Positions 54,988 to 64,000 of a stretch of 64,000 nt of DNA are shown here, piece after piece. Numbering within the stretch: the stretch's first letter is position 1; each line of letters opens with the position of its first letter. The notes beneath the pieces are model-generated. The model saw only the letters and a program-made list of their open reading frames with translations, made no database searches and was not told where the DNA came from. The translations under genes and the position numbers were made by a program. This DNA is from Piedraia hortae CBS 480.64 (Eukaryota). The stretch covers positions 310,001 to 374,000 of the forward strand of contig MU005964.1 of assembly GCA_010093745.1 (NCBI GenBank). The letters are read 5' to 3'.

Positions 54988-56928
54988 ATGCCTTGGTCCC
55001 CAGGCCCTCCTTCGCCCACCACGACCATCACCACCATTAGCAGTAGCCTAACAACTCCAATCAATAACACGTCAAACACCGTGGACCCCACCGTCTTGAG
55101 CCCTACCACCCTCATCCACTCCACCCTCAACCCTACCACCACTGTCAGGACCCCCACCACCCCGACCTCTAACCTCACCTTCAACCCCGCCTCCAACCCT
55201 GACACCACCATCACCACCACCACCACCACCACCACCACCACAACCACCACCACCATCGCGTCCGCCTTGTCCACCCCCATGGACCACGCGTCCACGGTCG
55301 ATCCCGCTGCCCTCGACACCCGCTCTCCGCCGCTGCAACCGCTGCAACCGCCGCCGCCACTCCTCATCGAATCGCGCGGCGTGAAGCGCAGCCGCTCGCC
55401 CGACGTTTTGCCGCGCGCATCGTCCAAGCCGGCCGACGACGTGCAGGCCGCGAAGCGCAGTCGCCCAGATGTCAAACCTAGCCTCCAGGCGCCCGCGAGC
55501 CAGACTCCAAAGCCGTCCTCGTCGTCACCGTCGCGCTCGCCACCACTGTCCGCGGGCGCCAAGTCGACCCTCAAGGCGCTGCCAACAGTGCGCGACCACA
55601 CTACCAGCCAGTTGGGTCCAGAAGGCGACGAATACCTACCGCGCGAGATTGATGCAGATGGGGAAGCCAAGGTGACGGCCTTAGGCGAGCTCTGCGATGG
55701 CCGCCAGTACTGCTGCCGCACCTTCCGGCTGCCGGAGCGCGGCGACAAGCTATTCATGCTCGCCACAGAGTGCGCACGCGTCCTGGGCTACCGCGACTCG
55801 TACCTGCTCTTCAACAAGAACCGCTCGCTCTACAAGATCATCGCCAATCAGGCTGAAAAGGATAGTCTCATTCAGCAGGAGAAGTTGCCTTACTCTTACC
55901 GCTCGCGCCAGATCGCCATCGTTACCGCACGATCCATGTTTCGGCAGTTCGGCTCGCGCATGATCGAAGGCGGCCGGCGTGTGCGCGACGACTACTGGGA
56001 GGCCAAGGCACGCAAGCAGGGATTCACCGACGAGGATCTAGCGGGCGAGAAGCGGCCCGGGGCGGGCAAGGCCAGGCAGGCGGCGGCGGAAGCGGCAGCG
56101 GCAGCAGCAGCAGCTGAGCTCCACCGTCCACCGCCGCAGGCCATGCCAAAGGGTGAGATTGTCTACTGCCACGATCCCGACGCGCGACCACCAGATGCGT
56201 CGTCGTTGCCACTGGCGCCGATGCCCATGATGCACCTGTCCGGCGACGATCTGCGCGCAGGCGGCCTCAGCGGTGCGGTGCGGCCGCGCCAGGAGGCTAC
56301 GGGTCCGCCATGTCACGATGTCGCGCAGTCGACGCCACCGCACGAGCTGCTGCACCAGGCCGCCTCGGCAGCAGAGCATCAGAAACAGCTCAGCCAAATG
56401 CGCGTACACCGCTCCAACTATCTGGACAGCTACTGGCGACGCCCACAAGAACAGCCGGCAGCCCCGCCGTCAGCTCCCGAGCGGCAGATCGATATGCAAC
56501 CGATGGCTTCACCTCGTGCCGCCGCTCCCATGCGCTTGCCTCCCGATCCCATGGCGCATCCCAATGCGCAGATGATGTCGGCCGTGTACGCCGCGTATCC
56601 GTCCCAGTCCCCCGGTTTGGCGCATCACAGCATGCCGACCGGCCCTGTCCAGGCCGTACCGTCCGCGCAGCCGGTAGCGTCATATGGCTACGCGTCCGGG
56701 GCAGGTCCCATGTGGCCGCCAGCTCAGCCCCAGCCCTCGCAACTCTCACAGTCGATGCATTACGCAGCGCCGCAGCACTCTCAAATGGGTCCCCCTCAAT
56801 CGCAGCCGGCTATGGCCTACCAGATGAATGCACTAAACAATCCGGCTTACGCCAGCCGAATGTATCAGTCCGGCGTTCCTTATGGCATGCCACCAACCAT
56901 GCCACAGGACTGGCGAAGATACCAGTAG
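54988..56928 (+). CDS. NPL6: RSC/SWI-SNF subunit Rsc7/Npl6/Swp82 family
   Basis: GEAKVTALGEL..GRQY..RTF, LFMLATECARVLGYRDSYLLFNKNRSL, VTARSMFRQFG, VRDDYWE. Start uncertain (54988 or 55279). Confidence 0.88.
   Translation: MPWSPGPPSPTTTITTISSSLTTPINNTSNTVDPTVLSPTTLIHSTLNPTTTVRTPTTPTSNLTFNPASNPDTTITTTTTTTTTTTTTTIASALSTPMDHASTVDPAALDTRSPPLQPLQPPPPLLIESRGVKRSRSPDVLPRASSKPADDVQAAKRSRPDVKPSLQAPASQTPKPSSSSPSRSPPLSAGAKSTLKALPTVRDHTTSQLGPEGDEYLPREIDADGEAKVTALGELCDGRQYCCRTFRLPERGDKLFMLATECARVLGYRDSYLLFNKNRSLYKIIANQAEKDSLIQQEKLPYSYRSRQIAIVTARSMFRQFGSRMIEGGRRVRDDYWEAKARKQGFTDEDLAGEKRPGAGKARQAAAEAAAAAAAAELHRPPPQAMPKGEIVYCHDPDARPPDASSLPLAPMPMMHLSGDDLRAGGLSGAVRPRQEATGPPCHDVAQSTPPHELLHQAASAAEHQKQLSQMRVHRSNYLDSYWRRPQEQPAAPPSAPERQIDMQPMASPRAAAPMRLPPDPMAHPNAQMMSAVYAAYPSQSPGLAHHSMPTGPVQAVPSAQPVASYGYASGAGPMWPPAQPQPSQLSQSMHYAAPQHSQMGPPQSQPAMAYQMNALNNPAYASRMYQSGVPYGMPPTMPQDWRRYQ
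55204..55254 (+). repeat. (ACC)n microsatellite encoding poly-Thr
   Basis: Perfect (ACC)9 at 55213-55239 within an imperfect run that encodes 14 consecutive Thr. Confidence 0.85.
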
Positions 56929-57540
56929 CATATTGTACTATAAATTGTAAGATGAGTGTACGATATTGTATAGATGGAGCTGTAAAGCCTCAATTGGCTC
57001 ATACTTGTATGTCTAGGAAGAACTCCTGGCACTCGATCTATCGAGTTGGGTACTGTAATAATTATGTCTTTCACCTTTCTCTCCAGCTGCGTCATGAGCT
57101 ACTTGCTATCGGTGTTCTTTGTAAGGTATCTAATCTCATACATGCCAGTGGACTGCTCGTAACCACTCCACTTTAGGGAGAAAATGGATATGAGGCTCAG
57201 TTATCATTACCTTTTGCGGTGTTCAGCACCTATTATCTGGTCGATCCTGACGGACTCGTCCGTGTGATAACCGTTCTTCTATGTGAAATTCTGGTCGATA
57301 TATTCATAGGGCAGGACTAACCCCTATTTGAAAGTGCCTGCCTAGTTCAGTTAGAACTAGTGTCTTGGCCCATGCACTCAAAGATCGATTCATTCCGCGC
57401 TCAAAGCCGATTGAACAATCTCATTTACGATGAAAACAACGCCCACATCCAGATCCATACTCCTCCCTTATCATCCCAAACAAATCGGCCTGCCCATCCA
57501 CGCAAATTCAAGATATCTACGCTCTTTCAAGCATATTCAA

Positions 57541-58450
57541 CTACTCGAAGGTCGTCTCGTTGCTGCGAGCCTTGATGTAGTCGATATGGATGTCAATGCC
57601 ATCACCGTCCTCATGGGCCTTTGGTGTGTAGACAACATCCCCAATTTCTGCACCATCGGAAACCCACACTTTCATGCCACTCTCCGCGATATAGTGCTGA
57701 TGCGCATCATCACGCTTGATCACGGCTTGGTGTCTTGTCGAAACCGTAGCTTTGACTTTGTTGGTGAAGTATTCGTTGTCGTCCGATGAATGTTAGGCGA
57801 ATTCTCAGCCGGAGAAGGGAATTAAAGTGGGACGGACCATCCTTGCAGTCGGTATGGGCAGAGCATTACCTGACGCCGCTGGCATGCATGAAGGAATGTC
57901 GGAAGTGACTTTTCTTCCCGTGAAGACCTTCATCATAGAACATGCCAATGTAGTTGTAAAATTGATCGATCAAGGTACCTTGGTCTTTGATCATATCGGA
58001 GATGAGCTAGATCATGACTTGAATTCACTCACTGCTGTTCTGCCTTTTTGGAACACATCGATCGATGGGACTCGCGATATGGCTGGTATCCGTTGAGGCC
58101 CACGGAAACTCGTCACGCTGGTAATCCGCAAATGGGTAGCCACTGCGCCTGCTGCATCGGTTAAGGGAGTTTAGGCACCCGGCCTTCCTCCTCCTCTCGT
58201 TCGAGGTATTGTAAGACGGCATATCTCGATGCATTGTTGCCGGGAATTTCTGGCAGTTGATGCCATAACACATGTTGGTACAAATCTCTCGCATGTCATC
58301 CAACACACTTCCCTGGCAGGGGTTGCAGAGTATGACCATTGGATGGCGGACAGGGACTGCGGCTTTGGAGCTCTCGTCATGTCCTTCAAGGGCTGTGGCA
58401 AAGTCGAGTAGAGGCAGAACGAGCACGAAAATTGTCAACTTGGTCATCAT
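57541..58450 (-). pseudogene. Secreted NucA/NucB-like nuclease paralogue of 39536-40391, probably pseudogenised
   Basis: Signal peptide, CTNMCYG, RDEFPWAST, RCVPKRQNSNQG; same two intron positions (58032-57985, 57837-57783). In-frame TAA at 57868-57866 where the paralogue has Tyr; intron 2 ends CGG instead of CAG. Confidence 0.8.
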
Positions 58451-59050
58451 TTTAACAAGTGACTGAGAGGGTAAGTTACTGGGCTGTTTCTACTGCTCTA
58501 TATACTGAATGGGTGTACTATGGAAGCACTCAGAAAAAGACTTACTCTACGAAGCTGGATCTAGGATGAATGCCAATAGCCTAGAGCCTTCTGCGACAGT
58601 GGAGGCATTTAGCAACATCACAGTGGCATTTACGTACTTCGATAGTGTTGACAGCTCTCAAGAACAGAGCAACTCGACAGATGAATCCTGGAGTTGCACC
58701 ACGGCAGTGCTCAGGAACAGAGCGACTCGGCAATGTTGGCTCCCTGAAAGCCCTAAGGGCCCAGTGTATGCCGCCGCAGCGGAGGATGTCCAACAACTCT
58801 CTAACCTCGATATTGACTAGGTATTGCCCTTCTGAGCTCTCCGTGATAAAAGAAGTGCCCACGACAGAGGAGTGGCCTCTGCGCCGGACATTGAATCCAA
58901 ACTTGGAAAACAGCTGCTTACCTGCGGCATGGCCGGGGGCTTCAGTAGCCATCACTCACGTGGAAAGACGACTTGCTATTGATAACTACTCTTCAAAAAA
59001 AAAAAAAAAAGTGGGTGCAGGGTGAAGGCTGAACTTAAAAATTTCCGGTG

Positions 59051-59835
59051 GCACAAAGACGGCGGCACAGCAAGATTCAGCCTTGTTGATGTGTACAACC
59101 AGCCTTGTGATATGCAGTGCTGAAGATAGAAAGCTGGTGCGGCAGTGATGCTTTTACGAACGAAGCTGAGGCTTGTTGATGAGGCCCCACTCTGGGATGG
59201 CCACTTTCTAGTGCAATCTCTCACAGGTAGAAGATATTTTGAGATATCGAATTCCGGACACATCATACCATTCTCCTTACTAGCCAGGGAATGTATCCCA
59301 TGCTAATACCTGACTTTTCCACTATAAGCTTCGCTATAACGACGATGCTGACGCACACGTAGTTGTCTGATTGAGTCCATGTGGCTGCTCCTCCCAGATC
59401 GACAGTCTATGGATTATAACATCAGAGAATCGGGCATCTCTTAATTGTTACGTTGATCTATACCCGTAATGCATACAATCAGGTCCATAACAGCGACCCC
59501 GGTGATGCATCCGTCTAGTCGTGCATGATGCATAGCGTGAGTTAAACTTTGAGCGAAGTTCCTGCCTAATTCAGCTAGTAAGATGGCCAATACGTTCATA
59601 AAGTCATCATGCGGAGAGAAGATGGCGCAAATAGTCAAGCACATACATCTCCTTTAGTTATCCGTGCTTCTTGAGATGGCCGATATGGAAACCAATGTTA
59701 TCGCTCCGCAGGCCTGTGAGGGAAGATGATACACAATCGCCTACTTCTTTGTTTCAGAAGAAAAGGCGTGTGCATGAGTACGGTTGAATGTGATTCTTCT
59801 TGTTGCACAAAGAAGGTGGCACAGCAAAATTCAGC
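59051..59835 (+). repeat. Degenerate direct repeat pair (31-bp core, 28/31 identical) at 59051-59081 and 59805-59835
   Basis: GCACAAAGACGGCGGCACAGCAAGATTCAGC vs GCACAAAGAAGGTGGCACAGCAAAATTCAGC; weaker similarity extends upstream to A-rich tracts. Confidence 0.7.
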
Positions 59836-60453
59836 AGCCCTCCTGGTCTATATATACACAGCCGTTGGCCTGTCCGACCAGCCTTCCACCTAAGTGAACC
59901 TAGATAGCTGAGAGGAACACTGAGGTAGTTTGAAACAGTATCGTGAAGCCACCGGGGGTATCTAAACATTGTGAAGGTCGACAAACTAGCGACCGTAAAG
60001 ACCGAAAGTGGCCGTGCGCGGCCTTATGCGCATAGTTCACACAAGAACCTTAGAGCCAACCACACTAGTGTGTTCCAAGAACGACCCAAATGTGCATCAA
60101 CTCTACTTCTCTCCAGACATCACATTGTTCAAAAGTAAAGTAACTTCACCCACTCTGGCTTTCGCACAAACAGAAAGATTGAGCAATTTTTACCCACTTC
60201 CCTCCAACTGCCATCAGAATTTTCAATAAGCTATGCCGGTAAACAAAATTCACCACGGTCTGAGTAAACCATCCATCGCGATGGGCGAAGCGAGAAAACT
60301 ACACGCCGACTTGACCTCATGCTCGAAGTTCTCACAAGCACTCAAGAATGAAGTAACCCAGTAAAGTAGCCCATAGGTCAAGTATCTATACTCTTTTTTT
60401 TGTGCCGACCGAGACCTGCTTCTTCTACCAACATTCGTTCACTCTCATTCAAT

Positions 60454-61397
60454 ATGAATCCATATCCTTCCAACACCATGAATGCTAATATGGAATACCA
60501 CCGCGTTGTCCAGTCCGGTCAGCACCCGTATGCCCAGTGTACCACCATAAACATTCATAGGCAATACTACTGCGTCCCTCAGCCGGGTCAGCATCCGAAT
60601 ACTCATCCCACCACGATGTACACTCACCCGCAGTACCCCTATGCCATTCAGCCGGGTCAGCAGCCATTTGCCCATCCCCCTTCAAATGCCCAACCGCAGT
60701 ACCACCACACCGTCCAACCGGCCCAGGACCCGTATGCTCATACCAGCACTCGCATTCAATACCGCCCCAACACCCACCCGTCACAGGACCTGTATACCCA
60801 TCAAACCACCATCAGCACCCACCCGCAGCACCACCACGTCACCCATCCCGACCAGAACCCACCCACCAACAACCAAACCTACATCCTCCAAGACGCCCTG
60901 GACGCAGCATATTTCCACTCAACAACCCGCGTCAAGGCCCTAGGCGAGCAAGAAGTCCACAACACAACCCGCATCTCGATGCTGACGCAGCTGATCGAAG
61001 AAGTAAAGCGGAACATGCCTCCCCCTACCATCGACGGACAGATTGCAGATCTCGAAGAGGAGATTGCCATTAATGATGCTAAGATGGAGTTGGTGAATGA
61101 TGAGGCGGGGATTGTGAATGGGAGGGTTGCTTCGCTTAGAGAGAAGTTGGGGGATTTAGATATGGAGATGAGGGTCTTGGATGAGCTATTGGGGGTGCAG
61201 GCTCATGAGATCGCCATGCAGGAGAGGGAGCTTGAGGGGTTGGATGTGGAGGTTACGTCGCTGAAGGAGACTGCGGGGGAGAGGGGGAGGTGGATGTAAG
61301 TTATTCTTTGATTTTTTCTGTTCGAAGTGATTGAATGGGTGGGGGGAGGCTAATGTTGGGGTTTAGGGAGGAGGCGTTTGCCCGTGCACAGATGTAA
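60454..61397 (+). CDS. Orphan protein: about six Q/H/P/Y-rich 20-23 aa repeats plus coiled coil; probably 2 exons
   Basis: Repeats of the form YxxxxQPGQxPyxH, heptad-like acidic C-terminal half; intron 61296-61366 (GTAAGT...GCTAAT...TAG) overlaps the apparent stop at 61299. Confidence 0.65.
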
Positions 61398-61702
61398 GGC
61401 ACTTTGTATCCGCAGTGTCGCGCGTGGGACGATATGATGGAGATCTCTCGGGAAAGGAACGTAGGGAAGGAGGAATGCGAGAATAGTGGGGAGGGGGAGG
61501 ACGAAGATTCCAATGGTGAGGACAGCGAGGATGACGAGGAGTATACCGACAATTGAGTCTACTAGCGGGGCCTACAAACTCAATTTACAAGTACGCCAGT
61601 GGACACTGCGACGGAAAGCACCGGTTAGATGCAAAGGCATGTACCTTCCACAGGTGCTCTATAATGAGTGATTCAAAGTGTCATCATTAAAGTGCTCATG
61701 CA

Positions 61703-64000
61703 TCAGCACAACTTTAACCTAATCCGCCTCTTCCCACCGACCATTTCATCCCCAATCTTGACTTTTACTGGATCAAACAAGCCCACCGTCTTACCATCAA
61801 ATGTGACGGTATGCGCTTCCTCATCATAATCGCCGTCGATCCTGATAAGTCCCTCGATGCCGAATCGAGGAACAAAGGCAATGAGGCCGTTGGAAAACAG
61901 CCGCATGACATATGCCTTTTCCTCGAGTTCTCTGCCCTTCAACGTCTGACCAACAAAATATTCGACGGATGCACGACCAGCCATTTGTGCGTTGCGATGG
62001 CGTACATTAATATTGGCACAAATTGCCTCGAGCTGTGCGCGGCTCTGTAGGCTCGGATCTATCTGCTCGTAGCCAATGGCTGCAGCTAATTGCCTGTGTG
62101 CTTCAATATCAGCGTAGCGTCTAATGGGAGACGTGAAGTGGGTGTAAATTGGTGTTGCTAGACCGTAGTGTTGGAATTCTCCCTCGGTTCGTGTTCCCGC
62201 GCAGAAGTACTCTGCGCTCATCATGCATCGTGTTGCCAGCATGCGGACAAGGGTGTTGAAGTAATCGTCTTTGGGGTCTATGCATTTGTCCAGGCTATCT
62301 GCCAGCGCCTTCGACGACTCTGTTCGTAATTCGAGCCCTTTGCGCACGCTCAGCTGTTGCTTCAAGTCCTCGAAATTGGCTTGAGGCGGTGCAGCATGTC
62401 GTCGTAATACTGCAGTCTGTGGAAACGTCTCTTGATTCTTTGCCGCGACGCTAATGTTTGCTAGCAACATGAACTCCTCCACCAAAGAGTTGGTTTCTAG
62501 CAGGGCTTTGGTCTGGACATCTACTGGTTCCGAGGTTTCGCTCTCCATTTGTACACGGACCTCTGGACTTGCCAGATTCAAGGCCCCGGCTGCCATACGC
62601 CTTGCACGCAGTTTCTTGGATAGCATCAGTAAGTTCCGCATGCCACCTGTCAACTCGTCCTTCTGTGACTTGTCATCGATTCGCAACTGAGCGGCTTCGT
62701 AAGAAAATGCCTCGCGGCTACGTATCACGCTCTTGTGGAACTTTGTCTTGATAACCTCACCATCTGGATTCAGTTCCCAGATAACGCTAAACGCATACCG
62801 TTCCACTTGCGGCTTCAGCGAACAAAGATCTGTTCCCAGCAACATGGGCAGCATGTCGATCCGCTTGTCAACTAGGTAGACGGTCGTTCCACGTAGCGCA
62901 GCCTCACGGTCCATTGCAGTGTTTGGCTTCACAAAGTGCGACACATCCGCAATGTGGACGCCTACTTCCAGGTTGCCGTTATCTAAGTGTCTAGCATGTA
63001 GTGCGTCGTCGATGTCCACGCAGCCCGGTGGATCAATGGAACACACTGGAAGATGCCGCAGGTCTTCCCGGCCTTGCCATGCGGGATCGTCTTTCGGTGG
63101 CACGATCCAAGAATGACCTTCTTTTGGCAGACAGCTCAGCACTGTCATCGGGAATGGACGATATTGCACATCCCATTCCAGCAGCAACGCCTCTGTCTCG
63201 GCGCCTTTGGATTCCAGTTCGCCCAAGCTACGAACAAAGTGACCAATGGGATGTCGTGAGGTACGATCCCAGTCATCTATGGTTACCAGCACTCGCTTTC
63301 CCAGCAGTTCGCCGGCTTGCCGAGTTCGCACGCGCACTTTGGGTATCCGCTTGTCCATGGGCAGGAAGAATACCGTCTGCTGTGCTCTCGAGTCTGGCGA
63401 ACGCACGGAGTCCCGTTCAATATGGCCAACATATTGACGCCAGTTGCGTTTAATGATGCCAACTACCTTTGCCGTCGGCTTTACTTCCCCCTCAGCTCCG
63501 CGTCTGTGAGTTTTCTTGACCTCTTCTTGCAACGCTCGCCTTTCTTCTTCCGTAACGATCGTCTCCGCCTCATCTTCGTCTGCATTTTCATTCCGACCTA
63601 CGTCTTCTTCTGTAACGACCTTGCTAGATGGGGCCTTCCATTGGCTCTTTGGAAGAACCTCGATGATAACCACATCGCCTGAGATTGCTCGGTTGCCGTT
63701 CTCCCTTCCTTGGACTATAAGCGGCCGCTCAAAGGTCGGTACGCTGACACTACCCTCAAGGTAGTTGTAGGGGGACACAGAGAATGTGCCCTGATGCAAT
63801 GTTCCATTACGTACTCCCGTCAGCAGGGCCGACATGTGCAGATGATCGGGATACAGCATCGCGGCTTTTTTATCCTGTACGTCCCGCCCTACAATCATGT
63901 CCAGCAGACGATCGGCGTTCGGTAGCTTTGAGACATAGTCTCGTATAGCCACAGCAGGAATTTGCTCTGCCTGAGCCTTGCGGAGATTATCCCGATCGTC
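61703..64000 (-). CDS. DIS3: Exosome catalytic subunit Dis3/Rrp44 (5' end outside the window)
   Basis: CSIDPPGCVDIDDALH (RNB catalytic motif), VHIADVSHFV, LVEEFMLLAN, HYGLATPIYTHFTSPIRRYAD. Confidence 0.97.
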   Translation of the reverse strand, partial: DDRDNLRKAQAEQIPAVAIRDYVSKLPNADRLLDMIVGRDVQDKKAAMLYPDHLHMSALLTGVRNGTLHQGTFSVSPYNYLEGSVSVPTFERPLIVQGRENGNRAISGDVVIIEVLPKSQWKAPSSKVVTEEDVGRNENADEDEAETIVTEEERRALQEEVKKTHRRGAEGEVKPTAKVVGIIKRNWRQYVGHIERDSVRSPDSRAQQTVFFLPMDKRIPKVRVRTRQAGELLGKRVLVTIDDWDRTSRHPIGHFVRSLGELESKGAETEALLLEWDVQYRPFPMTVLSCLPKEGHSWIVPPKDDPAWQGREDLRHLPVCSIDPPGCVDIDDALHARHLDNGNLEVGVHIADVSHFVKPNTAMDREAALRGTTVYLVDKRIDMLPMLLGTDLCSLKPQVERYAFSVIWELNPDGEVIKTKFHKSVIRSREAFSYEAAQLRIDDKSQKDELTGGMRNLLMLSKKLRARRMAAGALNLASPEVRVQMESETSEPVDVQTKALLETNSLVEEFMLLANISVAAKNQETFPQTAVLRRHAAPPQANFEDLKQQLSVRKGLELRTESSKALADSLDKCIDPKDDYFNTLVRMLATRCMMSAEYFCAGTRTEGEFQHYGLATPIYTHFTSPIRRYADIEAHRQLAAAIGYEQIDPSLQSRAQLEAICANINVRHRNAQMAGRASVEYFVGQTLKGRELEEKAYVMRLFSNGLIAFVPRFGIEGLIRIDGDYDEEAHTVTFDGKTVGLFDPVKVKIGDEMVGGKRRIRLKLC

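Noticed and set aside
1..64000. Transposable elements or rRNA genes
   Set aside because: No transposase, reverse transcriptase, LTR/TIR structure or rRNA-like sequence recognised.

Overview
Eukaryotic DNA from a filamentous ascomycete; the protein sequences and intron signals suggest a Dothideomycete (my inference). The window is very compact: about 37 protein-coding genes, mostly short intergenic gaps, and 42-71 nt introns with CTRAC-type branch points. Most genes are housekeeping (RPL1, VMA13, SLD3, TBCE, GOS1, RPL35, ATP10, ACL4, GIR2, PMC1, GPN1, CWF19, FPG, NAT1, DPB4, RSC7/NPL6, partial DIS3), plus a phacA-fahA-hmgA phenylacetate/homogentisate catabolic cluster. The standout is a tRNA-Arg(UCU) gene at 54525-54693 with two introns of different classes. 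One is a canonical 43-nt tRNA intron after position 37. The other is a 54-nt spliceosomal-type intron (GTATGC...ACTAAC...CAG) inside the T-stem; removing it exactly restores a perfect T-arm. Other notable items: a NUG1/GNL3 homologue with no GTPase domain; a pair of secreted NucA/NucB-like nuclease genes (one intact but motif-degenerate, one motif-intact but pseudogenised); two tandem intron-split small secreted Cys-rich genes only partly captured by the ORF track; an ER-retained agmatinase-like enzyme; frequent AAG splice acceptors; and sharp C-rich to G-rich skew switches. All calls come from manual reading; no searches were run.
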